From a bacterium (GTDB lineage: Bacteria > UBA8248): a stretch of DNA of 64,000 bases. Below, piece after piece: positions 20,475-29,692 of this stretch. Made by a program: the position numbers and the translations under genes. Location: NCBI GenBank assembly GCA_965204535.1, contig CBDBEV010000001.1:1088001-1152000 (forward strand). The letters are read 5' to 3'. Position 1 is the first letter of the stretch, and the number at the start of each line of letters is the position of its first letter. A model generated the notes under the pieces. The model was given only the letters and a program-made list of their open reading frames with translations. It ran no database searches and was not told the DNA's origin.

Positions 20475-21533
20475 ATGAGAAAACTGTTCCGCACTTTCAT
20501 GATTCTCGCTTCCGTCGTCACGTTTATGTTCGTGTCGATGGCGGCAACCCCGGACGCCGACGCCCGGGTGAAGGCGAAGAAGAAATACAAGATCGCCGTC
20601 GTCGTGCCGAACGGCGTCGACCCCTATTTCTTCTCGAAATGGTACGGCAGCGTCCAGGCGGCCAAAAAAGCCGGTGTGACCGTGACGATGTTCGATGCAG
20701 GCGGCTATGAGTTCCTGCCCAAGCAGGTGGCCCACGTGGAGGACATCATCGCGGCGAAGTACGACGGGATGATCATCTGCCCCATCAGCACCAAGGGGAT
20801 GGTGGACGCCGTACACAAGGCGATGGAAAAAGGCGTCAAGGTCGTCGTGGACAACATCGACCTCGACAGTGATCGCGTCAAGAACCGCGTCATGAAAAAC
20901 AGCTACGAACTGGGCGTTCTCATCGCCTCCACCCTGGCGCATGGCATCAATTACGAGGGCAAAGTCATGATGCTGCCCGGACCCAGCGGCATCGAGATGG
21001 TGACCTCCATGGCCAAGGGCTTCGAGGAGTACATGAGCCACTACCCGAAAATCAAGATTGTGGCCAAGGAATTCACCAAGTCCAACGTGCAGCATGCATA
21101 CCAGACGGCGGAAGACCTGCTCAAGAAACATCCCGACGTAAAAGGCATCTACCCTTGGGCGACGCTCATCGCTCGCGGCACGGTGGACGCCGTGAAAGCG
21201 GCCGGTTACAAGCCCGGCCAGATCAAGATCGTGACGCACAACCTCGTCGTCGGCATCGAAAAAGACATTCGCGACGGCTGGGTGCATGCGGCTGTCCTGG
21301 CCGAGCAGATCGCCATGGCGAGTGAGGCTGTTTATAACGTGATCGATCTGATAGAAGGACGCCTGCCTCCCGGCACACCCTACCGTGGCGGCACGCTCAG
21401 CTACATCCAGAACTACATGGCTTTCCAGCACAACCTCGACATTCTGGATCGAAGCGGCATCGAGGCGCCCAAGAACTGGATGATCAAGCGCCAGAAACGT
21501 GCGGCGAACATCGTGGGCGGAAAACGCCGTTAA
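20475..21533 (+). CDS. sugar ABC transporter periplasmic binding protein
   Basis: Signal peptide, IAVVVPNGVDPYF, LKKHPDVKGIY; RBS GAGGAG. Confidence 0.9.
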   Translation: MRKLFRTFMILASVVTFMFVSMAATPDADARVKAKKKYKIAVVVPNGVDPYFFSKWYGSVQAAKKAGVTVTMFDAGGYEFLPKQVAHVEDIIAAKYDGMIICPISTKGMVDAVHKAMEKGVKVVVDNIDLDSDRVKNRVMKNSYELGVLIASTLAHGINYEGKVMMLPGPSGIEMVTSMAKGFEEYMSHYPKIKIVAKEFTKSNVQHAYQTAEDLLKKHPDVKGIYPWATLIARGTVDAVKAAGYKPGQIKIVTHNLVVGIEKDIRDGWVHAAVLAEQIAMASEAVYNVIDLIEGRLPPGTPYRGGTLSYIQNYMAFQHNLDILDRSGIEAPKNWMIKRQKRAANIVGGKRR

Positions 21534-21556
21534 GTATCATCCCGCCACTGAACACC

Positions 21557-21587
21557 AAAAGCCCCGCCGGGCAACCGGCGGGGCTTT
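21557..21587. terminator. bidirectional rho-independent terminator
   Basis: AAAAGCCCCGCCGG-GCAA-CCGGCGGGGCTTT between convergent genes. Confidence 0.85.
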
Positions 21588-21610
21588 ATCATTGAAACGC
21601 CTGGTTTCGC

Positions 21611-22693
21611 CTACAAGCCCTTCACGTATATGCTGAGCCCCATCCGCCCCGTCGACCCGCCGGGTTGCGGATCGGAAATCTCATCCGTCTGCACTTTTCC
21701 TGCGCCATCCAATGCCCGCACCGTCGCCGGATAGAAACCGTTTTCCTCAAAACGCATGGGAAACGCCCAGACGCTCCAGGCGAGAGGCCCGAGAGGCTTT
21801 TTGAGCAAGGCGGGCGCCCAGGGCCGCAAACGCTCACCCTGCCCATAGGTTACCTCCACCTTGCGGATTCCCCTGTCCCCCGCGAAAGCAGACCCCACGA
21901 GCCACACTTTGGATGTCCGCACCTCAACGCGTCTTCTGGGAGCTTCAAAACGACTGAGCGTCTCGACGATTGCCTCATCCGACCACCCCCGCCGTTGCCA
22001 ATAGCCGCCATGGCCCTTGGTCGCAACCTCAATGGATTCAATCCATTTTACGTTCTTGAGGCCGTAGGTCCCCGGCACGAGGAGCCTGAGCGGAGCGCCG
22101 TGATCTCTCGGCAAAGGTTCTCCGTTCATCCTGGTGCAGAGAAGCGTTCTCGAATCGAGTGCCTGCTCCAGGGATATGGAATCATGATACCCGTCCGCCG
22201 CGCGGAAAATCACCCGGGCGGATACAGAGCGGCGAACGCTTTCCGCGACGCCCGCCCGCTCGATGAGGGTTCTGAGCGGCACCCCTTCCCACAGGGCGTT
22301 CCCAATCTGACCGCCGCCCACGGGGTTCCCGATGCAGGTCATCGTCGCCCAGGTTCGCTCCTGCCTGAGCGCGCCCAACGCCGCATAAGTAGCGGAAAAA
22401 GGCTCCGTTACCTCACCCGTTATTTTCAGCCGCCATTTCTTGCGGGAGAGCCCGGGCGCCGAATGGCCGATGCTTTGCACGTAGAATTTATCGTTCGCGG
22501 TGACTTCGGGAACGACGCGCGCGGCGAAATCGAGAATCCCCTCCCCGGGTCCGGGCGTCTCGACGGGGCGGCTGTTCAGCCAATCGAACAGGCGGCCCAT
22601 CATCGAGGCCTGCGCCTCGCGCGGAACCCCGATGACGGCGAGGGGCGCGACTCGCCCCGCAACCCGCAATAGATGGCGTCTGGAAACCCTCAT
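21611..22693 (-). CDS. Tat-exported molybdopterin-dependent oxidoreductase (sulfite oxidase/MsrP family)
   Basis: SRRHLL Tat motif, TMTCIGN (Mo-ligating Cys), GNALWEGVPL, DHGAPLRLLVPGTYGLKNVKW; RBS GGAGGAG before ATG 22693. Confidence 0.88.
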   Translation of the reverse strand: MRVSRRHLLRVAGRVAPLAVIGVPREAQASMMGRLFDWLNSRPVETPGPGEGILDFAARVVPEVTANDKFYVQSIGHSAPGLSRKKWRLKITGEVTEPFSATYAALGALRQERTWATMTCIGNPVGGGQIGNALWEGVPLRTLIERAGVAESVRRSVSARVIFRAADGYHDSISLEQALDSRTLLCTRMNGEPLPRDHGAPLRLLVPGTYGLKNVKWIESIEVATKGHGGYWQRRGWSDEAIVETLSRFEAPRRRVEVRTSKVWLVGSAFAGDRGIRKVEVTYGQGERLRPWAPALLKKPLGPLAWSVWAFPMRFEENGFYPATVRALDGAGKVQTDEISDPQPGGSTGRMGLSIYVKGL

Positions 22694-23310
22694 GGTGCTC
22701 CTCCACCAGGAAAACCGCTCCCCGATTCTACGATAAAACCGCCGATTCATGAAATTTCCGCCCCTCACCCCCGCAAATGCGGGCAGTTGCGGGCAAATGC
22801 GCGGGAGGCGAAAAACTTTTTTTACCGCTATATCTGAGTGTGGGACGCTCAGATTCATATGATAACTCGTTTTATTACAATGTTTTATCTGGCCATCATT
22901 TTTCAGGAATTTATCGAAAAACCCCGTGAATTTATCGAATTTTACGGGAAATAGGATTATTTGCATTTTTATCGTCATTCCCGAGTCCATGAGCATGATT
23001 TCTCTCCTCAAAACGATTTCCGTCCCTTCCTGAAGACGGTGCGTGGGCGGCGATTACCGCTTTTCTTCGCCGCGCGCACGATAGCGGATTACGGGATTTC
23101 AGGGAGTACGGCAAATGCGGGGAAATGCGCGCGCGGGAGAACCGGGCGGGGAGGGCTGTTCAAAAAGTCCCTGAGAAGGTAATGGCACCCCCCTGAAAGG
23201 GAAACCCCATTAAGGCAACCCCCCCTACCCCCCCTTGTCAGGGGGGTATGAAAAGGCGATGCGCTCCCGCCGGGCTGAGGGGGTTTTGCTTCTTCTTACC
23301 CCCCTGACAA

Positions 23311-24820
23311 GGGCCTGTTGAAAAACCCCTGGTTTTGTGATCGTATGGAGTTATCCCCCCTCGCCCGAGATGGGAGATTCCCCGATGTTGGACCGCAAGA
23401 GGCGCGGGCAGATGGAATTGTTCGTGGCCGGTTCGCTGGAGCAGTTGATTCCCGAAGATTACATATTGTTCCGGGTGAACCGCGTACTGGATTTGAGCTG
23501 GCTTCGCGAGGAGGTGGCGGAGTGCTATTGCGCGGACAACGGTCGACCGGGGATCGACCCGGAAGTGGTGGTGCGGTTGATGCTGGCGGGCCTGCTGCTG
23601 GGCCACGTTCACGACCGGCATCTGCTTCGCGAGGCGCAGGTGAACCTGGCGATCCGGTGGTTCATCGGTTACGAGCTGCACGAGGAGTTGCCGGATCATT
23701 CGAGCCTGACGCGGATTCGCCAGCGGTGGGGGGAGGCGCGGTTCAAGGAGATATTGCGCCGCACGGTTCAGGCGTGCCTGGAGGCGCAGGTGGCGAAGGG
23801 GGAAGTGGTTCACATGGACGCGTCTTTGATACGTGCGGACGTGAGTTGGGAGAGTCTGGCGGCGCGCCACGCGGAGAAGGTGGTGCGGGAGAACGACTCG
23901 GCGGATGAGGCGGGGAAGAAGGGCGGGGGTTCGGGTCCGGTGAGCCGTACGGACCCCGACGCGCGCCTGGCGCGCAAGAGCGCTCGGGCGGGGTTCGAGC
24001 CGAGCTACAAGCACCACGCGGTGGTGGACGATGAGCGGGGCGTTGTCCTCGACGTAGAGGTGACGGCGGGGACGTTGAACGAGCGGGAGATGATGGAGCC
24101 GCAGTTGGATGCGGTTTGCGAGCTCACGGGTCGCGCGCCCGCGGTGGTGACGGCGGATAGTGGTTATGCGTACTCGAAGGTGTATGCGGGATTGGAGCGG
24201 CGGGGTGTTGATGCGCTGATACCGGCGAAGAAGGAGCCTTCCCAGAGCCGTGTTCCGCTGCAGTTGTTCCGCTACGACGAGCGGCACAAGGTGGTGAAGT
24301 GTCCGGGCGGCAAGACGCTGCGTCCCCGGAAGGAGACGGAGCGGGGGCGCTACTATGGTTCGAGGACGCGCGATTGCGCGGGCTGCGCGCTGAGGTCGGA
24401 TTGTCTGCCCAAGTCGCACACGAGCAGGACGGTGCTGATTCCGCATGAATATCCGGCGCTGTTGCGCGCGCGCCGGCGGCACGCGCGCCGGGGGGAGGAG
24501 GAGGGCCGGCTGTGGCGCCGCCACATGTCGCGTTCGGAGGGCTACCACGGCGAAGCGAAGAGTCGGCACGGACTGGGGCGGGCGGTGCGCCGGGGCCTTG
24601 CGAACATGAGGATCCAGGCCTACCTGACGGCGACTGCGGTGAACCTCAAGCGGCTGGCCGCCGCTTTTGCGGCGGATATATTCGCTCTGTGGAGGGCCTG
24701 GGCCGCCCGGAGACGCCGTCTGCGCGCATATCGCGGCCTCACGCGCCGATTGGGCTTCCTATCCCAAGCCGCGTGAGCCGCCATACCCCCTGCTTCAAAA
24801 CAGGGTTTTTCAACAGCCCC
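23311..24820 (+). mobile_element. IS1182-family insertion sequence, copy 1
   Basis: IRL GGGCCTGTTGAAAAACCC, IRR GGGTTTTTCAACAGCCCC, 5-bp target duplication GACAA (23306-23310 / 24821-24825). Confidence 0.92.
23385..24776 (+). CDS. IS1182-family transposase
   Basis: LIPEDYIL, GRPGIDPEV, LPDHSSLTRIRQR, MDAS, ADSGY, Cys cluster CAGCALRSDC, SEGYHGEAK, NLKRLA. Confidence 0.93.
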   Translation: MLDRKRRGQMELFVAGSLEQLIPEDYILFRVNRVLDLSWLREEVAECYCADNGRPGIDPEVVVRLMLAGLLLGHVHDRHLLREAQVNLAIRWFIGYELHEELPDHSSLTRIRQRWGEARFKEILRRTVQACLEAQVAKGEVVHMDASLIRADVSWESLAARHAEKVVRENDSADEAGKKGGGSGPVSRTDPDARLARKSARAGFEPSYKHHAVVDDERGVVLDVEVTAGTLNEREMMEPQLDAVCELTGRAPAVVTADSGYAYSKVYAGLERRGVDALIPAKKEPSQSRVPLQLFRYDERHKVVKCPGGKTLRPRKETERGRYYGSRTRDCAGCALRSDCLPKSHTSRTVLIPHEYPALLRARRRHARRGEEEGRLWRRHMSRSEGYHGEAKSRHGLGRAVRRGLANMRIQAYLTATAVNLKRLAAAFAADIFALWRAWAARRRRLRAYRGLTRRLGFLSQAA

Positions 24821-25086
24821 GACAAGGGGGGGTAGGGGGGGTTGCTCCTTTGAGTAGGGACAGGTCGCGACCTGTCCCTACGGTAAACCATTCGATGAAC
24901 GGGATGCCCTCTCACGAGGGCTTTTTCAACAACCCCCTTCCGGGCGGGTGTCTTCAAGGGAGCAGGAGCGCCCGCGAGACCGTTCCTCCTGCGAGTCGGT
25001 TCTGTTTCACCTTGACAGCATGTTGCATTTTTTGCAGGTTGTATGCTGTTTTCGTATACAAGTGAGAGACCGATGAGGAACCCCTC

Positions 25087-25494
25087 ATGAGTCAACCAAT
25101 TCGCGTCCTGCTGGCGAAGGTGGGTCTCGACGGTCACGACCGGGGCGTCAAGATCGTCGCCCGCGCCCTGCGCGACGCCGGTATGGACGTGATCTACACC
25201 GGGCTTCACCGCTCACCCGAAGAGGTGGTGACCGCCGCCGTACAGGAAGACGTCGACGTGCTGGGCGTGAGTCTGTTGTCCGGCGTGCAGATGACCGTGT
25301 TCCCCAAGATATTCGAACTGCTTCGCACCAGCGGCGCCGACGACATGATCGTCGTGGCCGGCGGCGTCATGCCGGACGAAGACGTCGTCCAGCTCAAGAA
25401 AATGGGCGTAAGCAAGGTGCTGCTGCAGGATACGCCGCCGCAAACCATTATCGACACGCTGACCCGCCTCGTGGAGGAGCGCGGCGCGCGCTGA
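25087..25494 (+). CDS. hcmB: 2-hydroxyisobutyryl-CoA mutase small (B12-binding) subunit
   Basis: DGHDRG cobalamin-binding motif; first gene of the hcm operon. Confidence 0.88.
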   Translation: MSQPIRVLLAKVGLDGHDRGVKIVARALRDAGMDVIYTGLHRSPEEVVTAAVQEDVDVLGVSLLSGVQMTVFPKIFELLRTSGADDMIVVAGGVMPDEDVVQLKKMGVSKVLLQDTPPQTIIDTLTRLVEERGAR

Positions 25495-25504
25495 TCCGAC
25501 ATCC

Positions 25505-26935
25505 ATGGAGTCCTGGTCATTCCCACCCGCTTACGACGAGAAATTTCTTCCGCCTCCGGGCAGCCGCTACTGGTTCCCCCGGCGGGAGACGATGCCGGCG
25601 GGAGACCGGGAGAAGGCCATCCTGGAGCGCCTTCGGCAAGTCTGCGCCTACGCCTACGAGAACGCGGTCCTCTACCGCCGCAAATGGGATGAGGCCGGTT
25701 TTCACCCGAGCCGGCTCAAGTCGCTCGAGGACTTCGAGGAGAAGGTCCCGGTCCTCACCAAGAAGGACCTGCGCGAGGCGCAGGAACGCCATCCGCCCTT
25801 TGGCGATTACCTCTGCGTGGACGAAACGGAAGTCTTTCACATCCACGGCACCAGCGGCACGACCGGGCGGCCCACCGCCTTCGCCATCTCGCAGGGCGAC
25901 TGGCGCGCCATAGCCAACGCGCATGCGCGCATCATGTGGGGGATGGGCCTGCGACCCGGGGATACGATTTGCGTCGCCGCCGTATTTTCTCTCTACATGG
26001 GAAGCTGGGGGGCGCTTGCCGGCGCGGAACGCCTCGGCGCGAAAGCCTTCCCGTTCGGCGCCGGCGCGTCCGGCATGTCGGCGCGCTGCGTGCAGTGGCT
26101 CGACATGTTGAAGCCTACGGCCTTCTACGGCACGCCGACCTACGCCTTACACCTCGCCCAGGTCGCGGAAGACGAGGGCCTGAACCCCCGCGACATGCAG
26201 CTCAAAATCATGTTCTTCTCCGGCGAGCCCGGCGCCTCGATCCCGGCCATCCGCGAGCGCATCGAGGGGCTCTACGGCGCCAGGGTCTACGACAGCGGCT
26301 CCATGGCCGAGATGAGCCCGTGGATGAACGTGGCGAGTTCGGCCGAGACGGACGGCATGCTCTGCTGGCAGGACGTCGTCTACACGGAAGTGTGCGACCC
26401 CGAAACCATGCGCCGGGTCCCCTACGGGGAGCGGGGAACGCCCGTGTACACCCATCTCGAACGCGCCTCCCAGCCGATGATCCGCCTGGCGTCGGGGGAC
26501 CTGACCCGGTGGGTGGACGAACCGAACCCGTGCGGCCGCACCTATCCGCGCCTGCCGCACGGTATTTTCGGGCGCATCGACGACATGTTCACGATCCGGG
26601 GCGAGAACGTGTATCCCAGCGAGATAGACGCCGCGCTCAACGAACTCGCGCACTACGGCGGAGAGCACCGGATCGTGATCAGCCGCGAGGCGGCGATGGA
26701 CGAATTGCTGCTGCGCGTCGAGGCCGACACCGAGACCTTCGCCAACCCCGAGGGCGCCGCCCGGTTCTGCACCGAGGTCGAGCACAAATTGCAGAAGGTG
26801 CTCGGGCTGCGGACGGGCGTGGAGATCGTCGAGCCGGGCTCGATCCCCCGAACGGATTTCAAGGCGCGCCGCGTCATCGACGATCGCGCCGTCTTCCACC
26901 AGATGCAGACACAACTGGATGACGAAAACCGCTGA
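25505..26935 (+). CDS. hcl: phenylacetate-CoA-ligase-family enzyme, probable 2-hydroxyisobutyrate-CoA ligase
   Basis: IHGTSGTTGRPT P-loop, GRIDDMFTIRGENVYPSEI; lies between hcmB and meaH as in described HCM operons. Confidence 0.82.
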   Translation: MESWSFPPAYDEKFLPPPGSRYWFPRRETMPAGDREKAILERLRQVCAYAYENAVLYRRKWDEAGFHPSRLKSLEDFEEKVPVLTKKDLREAQERHPPFGDYLCVDETEVFHIHGTSGTTGRPTAFAISQGDWRAIANAHARIMWGMGLRPGDTICVAAVFSLYMGSWGALAGAERLGAKAFPFGAGASGMSARCVQWLDMLKPTAFYGTPTYALHLAQVAEDEGLNPRDMQLKIMFFSGEPGASIPAIRERIEGLYGARVYDSGSMAEMSPWMNVASSAETDGMLCWQDVVYTEVCDPETMRRVPYGERGTPVYTHLERASQPMIRLASGDLTRWVDEPNPCGRTYPRLPHGIFGRIDDMFTIRGENVYPSEIDAALNELAHYGGEHRIVISREAAMDELLLRVEADTETFANPEGAARFCTEVEHKLQKVLGLRTGVEIVEPGSIPRTDFKARRVIDDRAVFHQMQTQLDDENR

Positions 26936-27939
26936 TGGGCGCCTATGTCCCTTCGGTGGAACTCATCGCCCGCGTTCAGGCAGGCGAACCGGCCGCTATC
27001 GGCCGCCTCATATCGCGCGCGGAGTCGGGCCTGGCGGAGGCGCGCGGCGCACTCGCCCGGATCCACAAACTCGCCGGGCGAGCGCACCTCGTCGGCATCA
27101 CCGGGGTGCCCGGCAGCGGAAAATCCACGCTCGTAAGCGGACTGGCGCAAAGGCTGCGTTCCGGCGGCGAGAAGGTCGGCATCATCGCGATCGACCCGTC
27201 CTCTCCCTATTCGGGCGGCGCCATCCTGGGAGACCGCATTCGCATGAACGACTTGAGCGCCGACCCCGGCGTTTATATCCGCAGCATGGCGACGCACGGG
27301 GCGACCGGCGGCATGGCGCGCGCGGCTCTCGAGGCGGTCGATATTCTCGATGCCGCCGGTTTCGGGGTGATCATTCTGGAAACCGTCGGCGTGGGCCAGG
27401 ACGAGGTCGAGATCGTGCGGGCCTCCCACACCACGGTAGTGGTTTCAGCACCCGGCCTTGGGGATGAGGTCCAGGCGATCAAGGCGGGCCTTCTGGAGAT
27501 CGCCGACATCCATGTCGTGTCGAAGTGCGACCGGGGCGACGCCAACCGGACGCTGACCGATTTGAAGCAGATGCTGACGCTCGGAACGGGCGGGGGCGAA
27601 CCATCCGACCGGGCCGTCCCCGTCATCGGCACCAGTGCTGTTTCCGGAGAAGGGATCGACGAGTTGCTCGAGGCGATTGCCCGGCATCGCGAGGTGACGT
27701 CGAATACCGATGCGGGCCGCGCGCGGCGCAAGAGCATCGCGGAATTCCGGCTGCGCAAAACCGCCGAAAATCTGTTGTATGATCGATTCAACGCCGCCAC
27801 GGCTGCGGCGAGCGCGAAACTCGCCGAACAGCTCATGCGCCGGGAGAGCGACCCCTATTCCCTGGCGGAAGAATTGCTCTCGACGACGCTCGAAAGGGAG
27901 GGAGACCATGAACGAGACGTTCACTCAAAATCCGCTTGA
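26935..27939 (+). CDS. meaH: MeaB/MeaH-type GTPase chaperone of B12 mutases
   Basis: GVPGSGKST, DPSSPYSGGAILGDRIRM, ETVGVGQDE. Confidence 0.9.
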   Translation: MGAYVPSVELIARVQAGEPAAIGRLISRAESGLAEARGALARIHKLAGRAHLVGITGVPGSGKSTLVSGLAQRLRSGGEKVGIIAIDPSSPYSGGAILGDRIRMNDLSADPGVYIRSMATHGATGGMARAALEAVDILDAAGFGVIILETVGVGQDEVEIVRASHTTVVVSAPGLGDEVQAIKAGLLEIADIHVVSKCDRGDANRTLTDLKQMLTLGTGGGEPSDRAVPVIGTSAVSGEGIDELLEAIARHREVTSNTDAGRARRKSIAEFRLRKTAENLLYDRFNAATAAASAKLAEQLMRRESDPYSLAEELLSTTLEREGDHERDVHSKSA

Positions 27940-29599
27940 GAAACTCCTGAGCGAGATCGAGGATTGGGAGAGCAACGAGGTCGCCGCCTTCCTGAAGAAA
28001 CAAGCCGAGCGCAAGGAGCAATTCTTCACAACCGGCGATTTTCCGGTGCAGCGCGTCTATACCGCGGCCGATGTTGCGGAAACGCCGCTCGAGGATATCG
28101 GTCTGCCGGGGCGCTATCCCTTCACGCGCGGGCCCTACCCGACGATGTACCGCAGCCGGGTGTGGACCATGCGCCAGATCGCCGGTTTCGGCACCGGCGA
28201 AGACACCAACAAACGCTTCAAATACCTGATCTCGCAGGGGCAGACGGGACTGTCGACCGACTTCGACATGCCCACGCTCATGGGCTACGACTCCGACCAC
28301 CCGATGAGCGATGGCGAGGTGGGCCGCGAAGGCGTGGCCGTGGATACGCTCGCCGACATGGAGGCGCTCTACGACGGCATCGATCTCGAGAACATCTCCG
28401 TATCGATGACCATCAACCCCAGCGCCTGGATATTGCTCGCCATGTACGTGGCGCTGGCCGAGAAGCGCGGCCTCGACCTGAACAGGCTCTCGGGCACCAT
28501 CCAGGCGGACATACTCAAAGAGTATATGGCGCAGAAGGAGTTCATCTACCCGATCGCGCCGTCTGTCCGCATCGTGCGCGACTGCATATCCTTCTGCGGC
28601 CGCAACATGAAGCGCTACAACCCGATCAACATCTCGGGGTATCACATCTCAGAAGCCGGCGCCTCGCCTTTGCAGGAGGCCGCCTTCACCATGTGCAACC
28701 TGATCGTCTACGTGGAGGAGGTGCTGAAGACCGGGGTGAACGTCGACGAGTTCGCGCCGAGGCTTGGTTTCTTCTACGTCTCGCAGGCGGACCTGTTCGA
28801 GGAGGTCGCCAAGTTCCGGGCGCTGCGCCGCTGTTATGCCAGGATCATGAAAGAGCGCTTCGGCGCGAAGAACCCCGAATCGATGCGGCTTCGTTTCCAT
28901 TGCCAGACCGCGGCCGCGACCCTGACGAAGCCGCAATACCGGATCAACATCGTGCGCACCGCGTTCCAGGCCCTCGCCGCGGTCCTCGGCGGCTGCCAGT
29001 CGCTGCACACGAACGGCTACGACGAAGCGTTCGCGATTCCGACCGAGGACGCTATGCGGCTGGCCCTGCGCACGCAGCAGGTAATCGCGGCGGAAACGAA
29101 CGTCACCAACGTCATCGATCCGCTGGGCGGTTCCTACTACCTCGAGAGCCTGACCAACGAGTACGAGACGCGCATTTTCGAGATTCTCGACTATGTGGAT
29201 GAAAACGGCGGCACGATCAAATTGATCGAGGAAGGCTGGTTCCAGAAGCAGATCGCCGACTTCGCCTACGAGACCGCCCTGCGCAAGCAATCCGGTGAAA
29301 AGCCGGTCATCGGGGTCAACACCCTGGTCGAGGAGGACGAAAACCACGAGATCGAGACCCATCCCTATGATTCCTCGACCGCCGATCGGCAGATCGCGCG
29401 GACGAGGAGGGTGCGCGCCGAACGCGACGACGCCAGGGTCGGGACCCTTCTGGAGGAGCTCGTCTCGGTCGCCAGGGACGAGACGCGGAACATCATGCCC
29501 GTCACGGTGGAACTCGTGCGCGAGGGCGCAACGATGGGCGATATCGTCGAGAAACTGAAGTCGGTCTGGGGCACCTACCGGGAAACGCCGGTTTTCTGA
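27908..29599 (+). CDS. hcmA: 2-hydroxyisobutyryl-CoA mutase large subunit
   Basis: WTMRQIAGFG (Ile where MCM has Tyr and ICM has Phe), STDFDMPT, C-terminal WGTYRETPVF; RBS GGAG before ATG 27908. Confidence 0.9.
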   Translation: MNETFTQNPLEKLLSEIEDWESNEVAAFLKKQAERKEQFFTTGDFPVQRVYTAADVAETPLEDIGLPGRYPFTRGPYPTMYRSRVWTMRQIAGFGTGEDTNKRFKYLISQGQTGLSTDFDMPTLMGYDSDHPMSDGEVGREGVAVDTLADMEALYDGIDLENISVSMTINPSAWILLAMYVALAEKRGLDLNRLSGTIQADILKEYMAQKEFIYPIAPSVRIVRDCISFCGRNMKRYNPINISGYHISEAGASPLQEAAFTMCNLIVYVEEVLKTGVNVDEFAPRLGFFYVSQADLFEEVAKFRALRRCYARIMKERFGAKNPESMRLRFHCQTAAATLTKPQYRINIVRTAFQALAAVLGGCQSLHTNGYDEAFAIPTEDAMRLALRTQQVIAAETNVTNVIDPLGGSYYLESLTNEYETRIFEILDYVDENGGTIKLIEEGWFQKQIADFAYETALRKQSGEKPVIGVNTLVEEDENHEIETHPYDSSTADRQIARTRRVRAERDDARVGTLLEELVSVARDETRNIMPVTVELVREGATMGDIVEKLKSVWGTYRETPVF

Positions 29600-29692
29600 T
29601 TCAAACGCTCGCCCGGGCGAGCGTCCGGCTGCGCGGCCGGGCGCGTCGCGAACGATTCTTCATTGTTTCCCCTATTCCGAGGAAGATGGAAG

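Larger units (their letters stand above)
23152..24936. mobile_element. non-autonomous element with IS1182-like ends, interrupted by a full IS1182
   Basis: Left end AGGGCTGTTCAAAAAG, right end CTTTTTCAACAACCCC; interior of REP hairpins; ~270 bp once the IS is removed. Confidence 0.65.

Noticed and set aside
23142-24948. 9-bp direct repeat CCGGGCGGG on both sides of the first miniature element as a target duplication
   Set aside because: Not flush with both TIRs and longer than the 4-5 bp duplications of the other copies; may be chance in GC-rich DNA.
27710-29599. Annotation as methylmalonyl-CoA or isobutyryl-CoA mutase, and the 629-aa start
   Set aside because: RQIAGF rather than RQYAGF/RQFAGF, plus operon context, indicate HCM; the RBS supports ATG 27908.
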